This document shows, one piece after another, positions 21,180 through 31,747 of a stretch of 64,000 bases of DNA (its first letter is position 1; every line of letters begins with the position of its first letter). The DNA is from an uncultured Pseudomonadota bacterium (GTDB taxonomy: Bacteria; Pseudomonadota; Alphaproteobacteria; RF32; CAG-239). The notes beneath the pieces were generated by a model. The model had not been told where the DNA came from, searched no databases, and was given only the letters and a program-made list of their open reading frames with translations. Where the stretch lies: the NCBI GenBank assembly GCA_949286215.1, contig CASDYX010000001.1, positions 8,530 to 72,529 on the forward strand. Direction: 5' to 3'. Both the position numbers and the translations under genes were made by a program.

Positions 21180-21660
21180 TTTCTTCTTCCGTAACTTTGG
21201 CTTCGGGTGTGCTTGTTACCATATAGTCGGCAAAGTTTTTAACGACAAATTCTTTCCAATCTCCTTCGGGGGAGACGCAACCGTGTTTTTTATCCTCGGC
21301 GTTAACTAATACGATGCCGCCGAAATTCCACAGAGTAGTACAGTTGTCGTAACTTTTCATAAAGTAGTCTTTGGTGCGTTCAATCAAGTAACGGTCAACT
21401 CTTTTTTTGAAGTAGGTAATGTAAACTAAAATCATTGCTATGATAAAGGCTAAGCCAAAAAAGACACTGACGGTTAATATCAATATCAAGCCAATAACAA
21501 CCGGTGTTAAAACAGGAAGAAGATTTTCCCATACATCATATACCGGTGAGCCGGGGCGATTGATTTTTCCGTAATCAAGATATAAACGCAATTGATTTTT
21601 TTCAATAGCGGTTTGCAGCGCTTTGTAGATTAGATAATCGGCTTTGCTTGGTTTGCTCAT
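21157..21660 (-). CDS. Hypothetical membrane protein
   Basis: Two TM helices; overlaps both mltA and the smr gene. Confidence 0.7.
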   Translation of the reverse strand: MSKPSKADYLIYKALQTAIEKNQLRLYLDYGKINRPGSPVYDVWENLLPVLTPVVIGLILILTVSVFFGLAFIIAMILVYITYFKKRVDRYLIERTKDYFMKSYDNCTTLWNFGGIVLVNAEDKKHGCVSPEGDWKEFVVKNFADYMVTSTPEAKVTEEENVKTAAE

Positions 21661-22877
21661 GGTCTGTTGCCTTCATTTTGCGGAATTAAAATGAAATATC
21701 TGCCTGAAGAGTTCATCTTGCCGGCTTTTTCCAAAACATCATCTTTGCCCGAACCCCAGAAATAGTCTCCGCGAATCGGTCCTTTGATGGCACTGCCAAT
21801 GTCTTGAGCTACGACTAATTTCTCAATTTTTTCGTTGTCGGGACCGGTGGTTTCAAGCCACATTAAAGCGCCTAAAGGAATATATTCTCTGTCAACCGCA
21901 ATGCTTCGTCCGGCATGGAGCGGAACGCCTTGTGCACCAATCGGGCCGTCGGCTTTGGAAATGCGGTGGAAGATGAATCTTTTGTTTTCCCGCATTTCTT
22001 TTTGGGCTATTTGCGGATTGTTTTTTAACCATTTTTTGATGTTGCCCATTGAGGCTTCGCCCGGTTTGATATAGCCTTTCTCAAGCAAAATGCTGCCTAT
22101 GCCTTTGAATGGGTGGCCGTTGTTATCGGCATAGCTTAAGCGAACTTGGCGTCCGTCTGGCAGAGTTGCAACCGCTGAGCCTTGAATTTGCATAATGTTA
22201 ATGTCAACATTGCTATCACCCCACAAAATGACCGGAGCGGCAATTTTGTTTTGTTCAATTTCTTCACGGGTGTAATAAGGAACGAGTTTTTGCTCTTTGA
22301 CGCGGCCAAGCAATCTTTTGTTGGGAAGGCTGGGGTCAAAATCATGAGGGTTAAATTCTACCAAATCTAATGGCTTGCCGTATATCGGGTATTGATACAA
22401 AGATGTTTGTATCGGGGAGGCATTAATAGCCGCTTCGTAGTAAGAGGTGAATTTACCTTGGTCGGAATCGTCGGCAATGACCAAAAACGGCAAGAAATTG
22501 CTTTCCAGAAAATATTTAAACTCAACACCGGTTGTTATGTCTTGCGCAATGAGTTTTTGGCAAGCAATTTGGTAGGCCATTGTGGGAATGCGCAATTTGG
22601 AATTGGACATATAAGTTGTGTTTTCTTTGAGAATTTTTAAGCAGCTGTATTTAAACCCGCTTAAGGCTTCTTCAAGATTGTCTTTATTCCAATTCGGCAA
22701 GTCTTTAAAGTTATAGGCTCTTAACCTGACTTTGGGTGCCGGAGGTGTTACCTGTTTGGTTGTGGTTTCCGTGATTTGCGGAAGTTCTTGCTCGTCGGGA
22801 GTTGGTTTCGTTTCTTCTTCTTTGCCGCAGGACACCAACAATAGAAGAAGTGCAAAAAGACTAAATACTTTCTTCAT
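21657..22877 (-). CDS. mltA: Membrane-bound lytic transglycosylase A (lipoprotein; likely start 22877)
   Basis: LVS-C lipobox; IQGS, SIAVD, AQDIGSAIKG and RGDYFWG 3D-domain motifs. Confidence 0.9.
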   Translation of the reverse strand: MKKVFSLFALLLLLVSCGKEEETKPTPDEQELPQITETTTKQVTPPAPKVRLRAYNFKDLPNWNKDNLEEALSGFKYSCLKILKENTTYMSNSKLRIPTMAYQIACQKLIAQDITTGVEFKYFLESNFLPFLVIADDSDQGKFTSYYEAAINASPIQTSLYQYPIYGKPLDLVEFNPHDFDPSLPNKRLLGRVKEQKLVPYYTREEIEQNKIAAPVILWGDSNVDINIMQIQGSAVATLPDGRQVRLSYADNNGHPFKGIGSILLEKGYIKPGEASMGNIKKWLKNNPQIAQKEMRENKRFIFHRISKADGPIGAQGVPLHAGRSIAVDREYIPLGALMWLETTGPDNEKIEKLVVAQDIGSAIKGPIRGDYFWGSGKDDVLEKAGKMNSSGRYFILIPQNEGNRP

Positions 22878-23539
22878 TATTTTTTTGTCGATACCAATAG
22901 CCAATTCGGGCTGGTTGAGGTGAGACATCTTTCAAAAGTCCAGACATCGGTTATGTTTTGGATGAAGTTTTCATCGCCTTCTATAACTTCATCGTCTTTG
23001 TTCTTTAAGATATTTACTTGCTCGGAAACAAATTTAACCGTGATTTTGGCAATATCATCAGAGGTGATTTTGGCTGATGTGATTTCAGCCTCGTTAAAGC
23101 CTATTAAATCTGTTTCTGCCGTAATCCCTTCAGCTTGGCGTTGGTTGATGATTTCTTGGAACTTTTTGTTTAATGTCTTACTGACTAAACTTTCCAGCGT
23201 TTCGGTGTCGCCCTTGCTGAATGAGGTGACAATTATCTCAAAGGCTTTTTTGGCTGAATTTATAAAACGCTCTTTGTTGAAATTAGGTATTTTGTTTAAG
23301 ACCTTGTCGGTTTCGCTTAACTCAACGGTAACCGGCTCTTCTTTTGCTTCTTTATTCTCAAGAGCTTGTTTTTGTTTTTCGGCTTCTTTGACAATCATAT
23401 CAAAAATTTTGGCAGCGTTTTCTTCCGTGATTTTGTTTTGACGAACAGAAACATCGGGGCGTGTGCCTAAAAGGCTTTTTAATTTCCCGAATATTAAGAC
23501 CACTACAATCAAGAGAATGATTATATCTAAAGAACCCAT
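22877..23539 (-). CDS. Tim44/TimA-like adaptor protein
   Basis: FINSAKKAF, DVWTFER, NWLL; secB/timA/mltA/smr synteny. Confidence 0.85.
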   Translation of the reverse strand: MGSLDIIILLIVVVLIFGKLKSLLGTRPDVSVRQNKITEENAAKIFDMIVKEAEKQKQALENKEAKEEPVTVELSETDKVLNKIPNFNKERFINSAKKAFEIIVTSFSKGDTETLESLVSKTLNKKFQEIINQRQAEGITAETDLIGFNEAEITSAKITSDDIAKITVKFVSEQVNILKNKDDEVIEGDENFIQNITDVWTFERCLTSTSPNWLLVSTKK

Positions 23540-23673
23540 TTTATTTCAGACCTTTCAATTTTAAATACTATTTTATATATAGCTTTTTATCCTCTATTTA
23601 TCAACCATAAATATTTGACCTCGGGGTTTATTTGTTGTAACTTAATGCAAAATAACTAAAAAGGATTTGATTG

Positions 23674-24135
23674 ATGAGTGATAATGCACAAAATACTGCC
23701 GGAAATGACAATGTTAACCAGCCGGCAATTATGATTCATACCCAATATATTAAAGATTTGTCTTTGGAAATTCCCCATGCTCCCGAAATTTTCAGAGGTT
23801 TGAACGAGGCACCGGCTGTCAGCGTGCATGTTGATGTTGATGCTCAACATATGCATGATAATTTTTATAATGTCAGCCTCAAATTCAGAATGGATGGTGA
23901 TATCAAAACGCAAAAATTGTTTATTCTGGAATTGGAATATTCGGCAATTACTTCTTTGCAAATTCCGCAAGAAAATTTGGAGCCGGTTTTGTTGGTTGAA
24001 ATTCCGAGACTTATTTTCCCATTTGCAAGAAATGTTATTACCAACTGTTTGACCGAAGGTGGTTTGCCGCCGTTCATGTTGACACCAATCGATTTTATGT
24101 CCCTCTACCAACAAAGAAATCAAAATAAACAGTAA
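23674..24135 (+). CDS. secB: Protein-export chaperone SecB
   Basis: QYIKDLSLEIPHAP, PRLIFPFAR, PIDF. Confidence 0.95.
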   Translation: MSDNAQNTAGNDNVNQPAIMIHTQYIKDLSLEIPHAPEIFRGLNEAPAVSVHVDVDAQHMHDNFYNVSLKFRMDGDIKTQKLFILELEYSAITSLQIPQENLEPVLLVEIPRLIFPFARNVITNCLTEGGLPPFMLTPIDFMSLYQQRNQNKQ

Positions 24136-24207
24136 ACAGTAAAAAATACTGGATTATTTAATTTTTGTATGTTATAGATGTTGACATAAATACAAATAAT
24201 ATTATTG

Positions 24208-24234
24208 GAGTGGGGCCGAAAGCCCCGCTTTTTT
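24208..24234 (+). promoter_or_regulatory. rimP-leader hairpin (terminator-like)
   Basis: agtggggc-cgaaa-gccccgct followed by a T tract, just upstream of rimP. Confidence 0.6.
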
Positions 24235-24257
24235 ATTAGAATCTACAGATTGGGAAT

Positions 24258-24782
24258 TTGAGTATGCAAAAGAAACACCCTTTGCAAGATATGTTAGAGC
24301 CAGCTATTTCCGAGCTCGGATATGAAACTGTCAGAATTTTGACTATCGGTCAAGCGAATCCGACTTTGCAAATTATGATTGATAAGCTCGATGGCTCAGA
24401 TATTGTCGTCGATGATTGCGCTAAAGTCAGTCGCAAAATTTCGGAGATTTTAGATGCAAACGACCCGATAAAAGATAAATATAATTTGGAAGTCAGCTCT
24501 CCGGGGTTGGATAGACCTTTGACTAAAGTTGAACATTTTAAGCGCTTTGTCGGCAATGAAGTGAAGGTTGAAACAGGTGTTGCTATTGATAACAGAAAGC
24601 GTTTCAGAGGTGTGATTGAGAGTGTTGATGATAATAACACCATTCTTATAAAAGCTGATGATGTTGAATACAGCGTTCCGTTTGATGCGGTCAGTAAAGC
24701 AAAAATCGTTATGACTGACGAGTTGTTGCAAAAGTATGTTGATGAGCATCCGGAATGCGGTGAGCATTTGATTGAGGAATAA
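24258..24782 (+). CDS. rimP: Ribosome maturation factor RimP (alternative start 24264)
   Basis: DDCAKVSR, YNLEVSSPGLDRPL. Confidence 0.95.
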   Translation: MSMQKKHPLQDMLEPAISELGYETVRILTIGQANPTLQIMIDKLDGSDIVVDDCAKVSRKISEILDANDPIKDKYNLEVSSPGLDRPLTKVEHFKRFVGNEVKVETGVAIDNRKRFRGVIESVDDNNTILIKADDVEYSVPFDAVSKAKIVMTDELLQKYVDEHPECGEHLIEE

Positions 24783-24821
24783 TTTTTTTAAGTTTTTAAC
24801 TGCAAACTAAAGAGGGTAAAA

Positions 24822-26351
24822 ATGCAAAATATTGAAAATATGCCAAGACCGGAAATTATTTTGGTGGCTGATACCGTTGCTCGTGAAAAAAACATTGATA
24901 AAGAAGATGTTTTTGAAGCAATGGAAATTGCCATTCAAAAAGCCGCTCGTTCCAAATATGGTTTTGAACATGATATCAGAGCCGTGATTGATAGAAAAAC
25001 AGGTGCTATCAGCTTGGCTCGCTATCGTGAAGTGGTTGATGAAATTGTTGCCGCTGAAGGTGAAGAAGATGATCGTCAAAACGCTACCAAGATTTTGCTC
25101 GAGGACGCTCAAGTCTATAATCCGGATATTAAAGTCGGCGAATTTTTGATTGATGAATTGCCGCCGATTGATTTTGGTCGTATTGCTGCCCAAACCGCTA
25201 AACAGGTTATTATGCAAAAAGTTCGTGATGCCGAAAGAAATAAACAATTTGAAGAATACAAAGAAAAAGTAGGCACCATTGTTAACGGTACGGTTAAAAG
25301 AATCGAATTCGGTAATGTGGTTTTGGATATTGGTAAAGCCGAAGCTATTTTGCGTCGTGATGAAATTATTCCTCGGGAAAAATTCAAAAACGGTGACAGA
25401 GTTCGCGCTTATGTGTTAGATGTTCGTCGCGAAAACAAAGGTCCGCAAATTTTCTTGTCTCGTACTTGCCCTGAATTTATGGCTAAATTGTTTACACAAG
25501 AAGTTCCCGAAATTTATGACGGTGTTGTTAAAATTATGGGTGTGGCTCGTGATCCGGGTTCAAAAGCTAAAATCGCCGTTAAAGCTGATGATATGACAAT
25601 TGATGCCGTTGGTGCTTGCGTCGGATTGCGCGGTATTCGCGTTCAAGCCGTTGTTACCGAACTGCAAGGCGAAAAAATTGATATCGTTCCTTATTCTGAA
25701 GATAAGGCTCAATATATTGTCAGCGCTTTGGCTCCGGCTGAAGTTACAAAAGTGGTTTTGGATGAAGAAAACAACCGTATTGAAGCCGTTGTTCCGCAAG
25801 AACAATTCTCTATTGCTATTGGCAGAAGAGGTCAAAATGTTAAATTGGCTTCTCAATTGCTCGGTTGCGATATTGATGTCTTGACCGAAGAACAAGAGCA
25901 AGAACGTCGCGCTAATGAAAATAAAGTTCGTTCACAACGCTTTATGGAAGCTTTGGATGTTGATGAAATGATTGCTCATTTGCTCATTGCCGAAGGTTTC
26001 TCTACCGTTGATGAAATTGCTATGGTTTCATTAAAAGAATTGGCTGAAATTGAAGGCTTTGATGAAGATGTTGCTTCTGAATTGCAATCAAGAGCCAAAG
26101 CTTATGTTGAAAAAAGAAATGAAGAATTTGCCAAGAAAAGCCAAACTTTGGGTATTGATGAAAAACTCAAATCTATTGAAGGCTTGGATCAAGATATGAT
26201 TTTGACACTGGCTGACAAAGGTGTTAAAACTATTGACGACTTGGCTGATTTGGCTGCCGATGAGTTGATGGAAATGCTCGGTGAAAACGTGCTTTCCGAA
26301 GTAGAAGCCAATAAAGTGATTATGGCTGCTCGTGCTCATTGGTTTGAATAG
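24822..26351 (+). CDS. nusA: Transcription termination factor NusA
   Basis: FGRIAAQTAKQ, S1 and KH domains, AIGRRGQNV, C-terminal ARAHWF. Confidence 0.95.
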   Translation: MQNIENMPRPEIILVADTVAREKNIDKEDVFEAMEIAIQKAARSKYGFEHDIRAVIDRKTGAISLARYREVVDEIVAAEGEEDDRQNATKILLEDAQVYNPDIKVGEFLIDELPPIDFGRIAAQTAKQVIMQKVRDAERNKQFEEYKEKVGTIVNGTVKRIEFGNVVLDIGKAEAILRRDEIIPREKFKNGDRVRAYVLDVRRENKGPQIFLSRTCPEFMAKLFTQEVPEIYDGVVKIMGVARDPGSKAKIAVKADDMTIDAVGACVGLRGIRVQAVVTELQGEKIDIVPYSEDKAQYIVSALAPAEVTKVVLDEENNRIEAVVPQEQFSIAIGRRGQNVKLASQLLGCDIDVLTEEQEQERRANENKVRSQRFMEALDVDEMIAHLLIAEGFSTVDEIAMVSLKELAEIEGFDEDVASELQSRAKAYVEKRNEEFAKKSQTLGIDEKLKSIEGLDQDMILTLADKGVKTIDDLADLAADELMEMLGENVLSEVEANKVIMAARAHWFE

Positions 26352-26415
26352 TTCAACCGCGGAAATCAGGGAGGAGCTTCTCCTCTCTGAATTTCCCTTT
26401 GTAAGGGATGAGTTG

Positions 26416-26985
26416 ATGGAAGAAGATAAAGAACGCAGAGATATTGTCAGCGGAAAAGTTATGGAGTGTTCAGAAATGCTCCGTTTTGCCATAACAATTG
26501 ATGATATGATTATTCCCGATTTTAAGAAACAATTACCGGGAAAAGGAGTGTATGTCGCTTGTTCGAAATCTTCTCTTTCAACCGCTATTGAAAAAAATTT
26601 ATTTGCCAAAGCTATCGGAAAAAAAGTGAAGTTGCCTTCAGATTTCTTGAAAATGGTTGAGAATTTGCTTCGAAATAAAGGTTTGAAAGCAATTTGTTTG
26701 GCAAAAAAAGCCGGTAATTTATTGACCGGATTTGAAAAAGTGGCTGATGCTCTTAAAAAAGATAAGGTCGCTTTTTTGTTGGAGGCAAAAGATGCCGGTG
26801 AAGACGGACATGAAAAGTTATTGTCTTTAGCAAAAGATTTGAAAGTTTTTATGTTGTATGAAGTTGAGGAGTTAGACGAGGCGTTAAACAGGGTAAATAC
26901 GGTGCATGTGGCATTTTTGAAAAACGATATAGCTAAAATGGTCTATAACGATTTGGAAAAACTTGATAAATTCTTGAACTCATAA
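26416..26985 (+). CDS. YlxR (DUF448)-L7Ae fusion RNA-binding protein (likely start 26416)
   Basis: LPGKGVYV, LAKKAG...GFEKV; lies between nusA and infB. Confidence 0.8.
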   Translation: MEEDKERRDIVSGKVMECSEMLRFAITIDDMIIPDFKKQLPGKGVYVACSKSSLSTAIEKNLFAKAIGKKVKLPSDFLKMVENLLRNKGLKAICLAKKAGNLLTGFEKVADALKKDKVAFLLEAKDAGEDGHEKLLSLAKDLKVFMLYEVEELDEALNRVNTVHVAFLKNDIAKMVYNDLEKLDKFLNS

Positions 26986-27012
26986 AATATAAGTTACGGA
27001 GATTGTAATATA

Positions 27013-29529
27013 ATGACAGAAGATAATGCAAAAAATAAGTTAACATTATCAGGAAAATCTACCCTTACATTGAAGAATTTAGGGGACAAAGCTCATAATC
27101 ATGACGGCAAAAAAGTTGTGCAGGTGGAAGTACGTAAAAAACGTGTTATTACCCCAGGTGCAAGTGTTCAACCCGAAAATAGTGTTAAAATTGATGAAGC
27201 TACAGCTCAAAAATTGCGCTTGATTGCAGAGGCTAAAGAGCATGAAGCAAAACGCCGCCAGGAAGAGGAAGAAAGAGAAAAGCAACGCCAGATAGAGCGT
27301 GAAGAAGCTGAAAAAGCTCGCCAAGCCTTGTTGGCTGAAGAGGCTGCCAAAAAAGAAGCTGAAGCTAAAGAAAAAGCTAAACAAGAAGCTCAAAAAGAAA
27401 TTAAAAAAGAGGTAAAAGCTCAACCAGCCCCTGTGGTAGAGCGCGAAGATAAATCAGCTCGTCAGAAAGATAAAAAATCTAAAGATTATGATGACGACTA
27501 TGATGATGACGATGATGAGGAAGTTAGCTCAAGTAAAAAGTATCGTCGTTCTTCAGAGCAAGAAAAATCTCGTGAGGAAGTTTTTGAGCAAGAACGCAAA
27601 AAGGTGATGAAGCGTAGCTTTGAACCGCAACGTCGTAGCGGAAAAGTTAATCTCCATAATATTATGGGGGCTGATGATGACGATGATGATGATTATGGAT
27701 TTGGTGCTCCGCGTCGTCGTTTTAAGAAAAAACAACCTAAACCGGTTCAACCTGTTCAACCTCAAGAGAAGGTCGTTAAGGAAGTTATTATTCCTGAAAT
27801 TATTACCGTTCAGGAATTGGCAAACCGCATGGCTGAAAAAAGTGCCGACGTTATTAAAAAATTGATGGCGTTGGGTGTAATGGCTACCATTAACCAACCG
27901 ATTGATGCCGATACGGCGCAAATTGTGGTTGAAGAATTGGGACACAAATTCAAACGCGTGGCCGATAGCGATGTTGAAGATGCCATTAAAGGCGCAGAGG
28001 ATACTCCTGACCAATTATTGCCGAGAGCTCCGGTTGTTACGGTTATGGGACACGTTGACCATGGTAAAACCTCTTTGCTTGATGCTTTAAGAGAAACCAA
28101 TGTTGCCGCTCGCGAAGCCGGTGGTATTACGCAACATATCGGTGCTTATCAAATTGAAACACCAAATGGTGATAAAATTACCTTTATTGATACTCCGGGT
28201 CACGAGGCTTTCTCCGAAATGCGTGCCAGAGGTGCAAAGGTTACCGATATCGTGGTTTTGGTGGTAGCCGCTAATGATGGTATTATGCCGCAAACCGTTG
28301 AGGCTATTCGTCACGCACAAGCTGCTGAAGTTCCTATTGTTGTGGCAATTAACAAAATTGACTTGCCGGGCGCTGACCCGATGAAGGTTAAAACCGCTTT
28401 GTTGCAACACGGAATTGCCGTTGAGGAATTGGGTGGTGATTGCTTGTGTGCCGAAGTTTCTGCTAAGAAGAGAATCAATATTGATAAATTGCTTGAAGCT
28501 ATTTTGTTGCAAGCGGAAATTTTGGATTTGAAAGCTAATCCGAATAGAACAGCCGAAGGTACGGTAATTGAAGCCAAGATGGAAAAAGGCCGCGGATCGG
28601 TTGCCACCGTTTTGGTTCAAAGAGGAACCCTTAAAGTCGGCGATATTTTCATTGCAGGTAAAGAGTGGGGTCACGTTCGTGCCATGTTTAACGAAATGGG
28701 ACACAAAGTTCATGAAGCCGGACCGGCTACTCCGGTTGAGGTTTTGGGCTTGCAAGGTACTCCTGCCGCTGGTGATGATTTTACCGTTGTGGCTGATGAA
28801 AACCAAGCTCGTGAAGTAACAAACTATCGTATTCGTAAAGAACGTGATGCGAAGTTGGTTAAGAGTGCTAAGTCAGCTATGGAACAAATGCTTGATAAGA
28901 TTAAATCAGGTGAAATTAAGCATCTGCCGGTCATTATTAAAGCCGACGTTCAAGGTTCTATAGAGGCTATTGAGGGTACTTTGAATAAGCTCTCTACGGA
29001 TGAAGTCAGTGTTCAAATTTTGCACTCGGCTGTTGGTCCGATTTCTGAATCTGATGTGACTTTGGCTAAGGCTTCTAATGCCTTTATTATCGGATTTAAC
29101 GTTCGTGCTATTCCGCAAGCTCGCGATATGGCTCGCAGAGACGGAGTTGATATTCGTTATTACTCCATTATTTATGACGTGGCCGATGATGTTAAGAAAG
29201 GTTTGGAAGGTATGCTCTCTCCGGAATTGAAAGAAAAGATTCTGGGTTATGCCGAAATCAGAAACGTCTTTAATATTACCGGTGTGGGTAAAGTTGCCGG
29301 TTGTATGGTTACCGAAGGTCTGGTTAAACGCGGAGCAAAAGTTCGTCTGTTGCGTGATAACGTGGTTATTCATGATGGTAACTTGGGTCAACTGAAACGC
29401 TTCAAAGATGACGTTAAAGAAGTTAAAGAAGGCTATGAATGCGGTATGAGTTTTGAAAACTATAACGATATTCAGGTCGGCGACTTTATTGAATGTTATG
29501 AAATTGAAGCAATTGCCGCTAAACTCTAA
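27013..29529 (+). CDS. infB: Translation initiation factor IF-2
   Basis: [27 protein letters not shown]. Confidence 0.97.
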   Translation: MTEDNAKNKLTLSGKSTLTLKNLGDKAHNHDGKKVVQVEVRKKRVITPGASVQPENSVKIDEATAQKLRLIAEAKEHEAKRRQEEEEREKQRQIEREEAEKARQALLAEEAAKKEAEAKEKAKQEAQKEIKKEVKAQPAPVVEREDKSARQKDKKSKDYDDDYDDDDDEEVSSSKKYRRSSEQEKSREEVFEQERKKVMKRSFEPQRRSGKVNLHNIMGADDDDDDDYGFGAPRRRFKKKQPKPVQPVQPQEKVVKEVIIPEIITVQELANRMAEKSADVIKKLMALGVMATINQPIDADTAQIVVEELGHKFKRVADSDVEDAIKGAEDTPDQLLPRAPVVTVMGHVDHGKTSLLDALRETNVAAREAGGITQHIGAYQIETPNGDKITFIDTPGHEAFSEMRARGAKVTDIVVLVVAANDGIMPQTVEAIRHAQAAEVPIVVAINKIDLPGADPMKVKTALLQHGIAVEELGGDCLCAEVSAKKRINIDKLLEAILLQAEILDLKANPNRTAEGTVIEAKMEKGRGSVATVLVQRGTLKVGDIFIAGKEWGHVRAMFNEMGHKVHEAGPATPVEVLGLQGTPAAGDDFTVVADENQAREVTNYRIRKERDAKLVKSAKSAMEQMLDKIKSGEIKHLPVIIKADVQGSIEAIEGTLNKLSTDEVSVQILHSAVGPISESDVTLAKASNAFIIGFNVRAIPQARDMARRDGVDIRYYSIIYDVADDVKKGLEGMLSPELKEKILGYAEIRNVFNITGVGKVAGCMVTEGLVKRGAKVRLLRDNVVIHDGNLGQLKRFKDDVKEVKEGYECGMSFENYNDIQVGDFIECYEIEAIAAKL

Positions 29530-29547
29530 TTGGTTGTGAGGTGAAAT

Positions 29548-29937
29548 ATGGCAATAAAAGAACAATCTCAAAGACAGCTGCGTGTTGGGCAAGAAATTAA
29601 GAAAATTATTGCCGGCGAAATTCAGCATGAAAATGTCAGAAATTTGGAGGGAATCGATGCGCTCGTTACAATTACCGATGTGCAAGTTTCTCCGGATTTG
29701 AAGTATTGTAATGTTTATTTTATCACGTCCAATAATGCTTTGAACCAAGAGGTTATGGGTGGTTTGCAATTGGCCGGCGGACATTTTCGTAAGGTTATCG
29801 GTAAAAAGACAACCTTGCGTTATGTACCGGAGATTAATTTCCGCTTAGATGATACTTTTGAGGAAGTTGATCGAATCGAAAAATTGCTTCATGACCCAAA
29901 AGTTCAAAGAGACTTACAGACCAAAGATGAAGAATAA
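29548..29937 (+). CDS. rbfA: Ribosome-binding factor A
   Basis: RQLRV, VSPDLK, LRYVPE. Confidence 0.9.
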   Translation: MAIKEQSQRQLRVGQEIKKIIAGEIQHENVRNLEGIDALVTITDVQVSPDLKYCNVYFITSNNALNQEVMGGLQLAGGHFRKVIGKKTTLRYVPEINFRLDDTFEEVDRIEKLLHDPKVQRDLQTKDEE

Positions 29938-29940
29938 ATA

Positions 29941-29968
29941 AAAAAAGCCTCCGCAAGGAGGTTTTTTT
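29941..29968 (+). terminator. Intrinsic terminator after rbfA
   Basis: aaaaaagcctcc-gcaa-ggaggttttttt. Confidence 0.85.
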
Positions 29969-30031
29969 ATTGCCTAAAGAAAATAGAATGATATTCTCTT
30001 GTTAAATTCTAATTATTAAATTTTAAGCATT

Positions 30032-30634
30032 ATGTTAAGTAAAGAAAACAAAGCTAAGTATTTGCCAACGCAAGACTTGCAAGAGTTGTATGAAAAAGAT
30101 GAAAAATACATCAGGTCTTTTAGTGTTATGGATTTAAGAGAACTTGAGAGTATTCTTCTGGTATCAGAATTTCGTAAGAAAAAAATGGCTATCAAAGAAG
30201 ATGTGGTCAAATGGGCGGAAAAGATGCCCGAATTTGTCTTTTATACTTGGTCGCATCGGTTTGCGGATGAGGTTGTTTTGAGAATCAATCTTGAAAATTA
30301 TTTAGCAAAAAAATTTGATAAGAAATTTAGAATTTTTGCTAAAGAAAACGGCTATGTTTGTGAGACGGATTTTTTTGATGTGAAAGTTTCAAAAAAACTC
30401 AAAAGCGAGGTATTGCTTGTTAAAAATGGCGAGACTTATGATTTATTGTACTGTGTTGTAGCGGGATATTTCGATATGTTTGAAAAAGAACGTGAAGCCT
30501 GCTTTGCAAATGGGGTTTATGGAATTCAGGTTTATGAAGAAATGGCTCCGCGACCCATTTGGTGTTTGCAAATTGAAAGAGGCGTTTCTTTGCAAAATTT
30601 GGAGAAATATGAACTTGAAACCTTGGTACGATAG
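30032..30634 (+). CDS. Hypothetical protein
   Basis: 200-aa ORF with its own promoter-like sequence (TTGCCT-16-TATTCT) and a downstream terminator; no recognisable motif. Confidence 0.65.
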   Translation: MLSKENKAKYLPTQDLQELYEKDEKYIRSFSVMDLRELESILLVSEFRKKKMAIKEDVVKWAEKMPEFVFYTWSHRFADEVVLRINLENYLAKKFDKKFRIFAKENGYVCETDFFDVKVSKKLKSEVLLVKNGETYDLLYCVVAGYFDMFEKEREACFANGVYGIQVYEEMAPRPIWCLQIERGVSLQNLEKYELETLVR

Positions 30635-30652
30635 TTTGAAATTTTTAGGTAT

Positions 30653-30691
30653 AAAAATAACCGCCCGGAATTGAGCCGAGCGGTTTTTTTT
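30653..30691. terminator. Bidirectional terminator between convergent genes
   Basis: aaccgc(c)cgg...ccgagcggtt flanked by A and T tracts. Confidence 0.65.
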
Positions 30692-30698
30692 ACAAAGG

Positions 30699-31598
30699 TT
30701 AGCGGGAGAGAAGAGATTTCTTCTGCCAGCTTCTTTGTTTTTGCATCTGCATTTGTTTATGCTGGAGAGCTTTTTCGGCCAACCAATCATAAATTTTTTG
30801 CATTTTGGTATCACCTTGAGCGGCAAAATCCTCTGGATGCCACTGGATACACAAAATGTTTTTGTCCTCATTGCCCCAGGCTTCCGGTGTGCCATCAGCG
30901 GTGGAGGCATAAATTTTGAGGTCTGATATCTTATCGTTGGGCATCATTGCCTCACGGTGGCGTGAGTTGGTTTTAATATGCCCTTCGCCAAAGATTTTTG
31001 CCAAAGGTGTGTCGTCAGGGTAGATGAACACGTCGTGTGCGCCCAAATCTTTGGTTTTGTGTTCCAAAGAGGTTTGGGTGTAGGCTTTGAGATCACGGTA
31101 CATTTTCATGCCGTGCATACCACCTATCATCTGCGCCCCGGCGCAAATTCCTAACATCGGAATTCCTTCTTTTTCGGCCTTCATAATTGAGGTGATGTAG
31201 GCATAAGAACGGGTTCCCGGCGTGCTGTCACCTTTTTGTGGGTCAGTGTAGAACTCGTTTGGCGAATCAAATGCGCCACCCGGCAAAATCAGACCGTTAA
31301 TGCCATCCATTTGCGACAGATTTTCGTTGTAGGTTAAAAATCTGAGTTGGACACATGATTGGGCAATTGCCTTGGCGTAAGGCATATCAATTGTATAATA
31401 TCCCTTTTCACGCCCCATCAGGAAGCCAACGATTGGTTGGTTGGCATGGGGTTTTTTATTTGCCAGTTGGGCATAATCTTCATCTGACAACTGCAAAATA
31501 GGGGTAATGCCCTCTTTTGCAAAAGCTGCCATTTGTTCATCACTAATGCCGTAAGCATTGTACTCCGGCAAAAATTCTAAGTTTACGTTCTTTTTCAT
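30699..31598 (-). CDS. Peptidase C26 / gamma-glutamyl-GABA hydrolase-like class I glutamine amidotransferase
   Basis: GLILPGG, LGICAG (Cys), QWHPE (His, Glu). Confidence 0.85.
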   Translation of the reverse strand: MKKNVNLEFLPEYNAYGISDEQMAAFAKEGITPILQLSDEDYAQLANKKPHANQPIVGFLMGREKGYYTIDMPYAKAIAQSCVQLRFLTYNENLSQMDGINGLILPGGAFDSPNEFYTDPQKGDSTPGTRSYAYITSIMKAEKEGIPMLGICAGAQMIGGMHGMKMYRDLKAYTQTSLEHKTKDLGAHDVFIYPDDTPLAKIFGEGHIKTNSRHREAMMPNDKISDLKIYASTADGTPEAWGNEDKNILCIQWHPEDFAAQGDTKMQKIYDWLAEKALQHKQMQMQKQRSWQKKSLLSR

Positions 31599-31747
31599 TT
31601 TGATTTGTTTTATGGTTCATAAAAATAAGTTATTAGGTTTATCATAACAAAACGGGGTGTTTTGTCAAATGATTTGTCAAAAATATTTGATTTTTGAAAA
31701 GTTTGATGTATAGTGGGCTCAATTCACTTATTATAAATTTTATCATT

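Noticed and set aside
26362..26396. Hairpin between nusA and ylxR as another palindromic-element copy
   Set aside because: Short and lacks the TCAYGTA/GTACRCT core; more likely an ordinary intra-operon stem-loop.
27481..27700. GAT/GAC runs encoding poly-Asp in infB
   Set aside because: Low-complexity IF-2 N-terminal regions are common, and codon-length repeats cannot cause frameshift phase variation.
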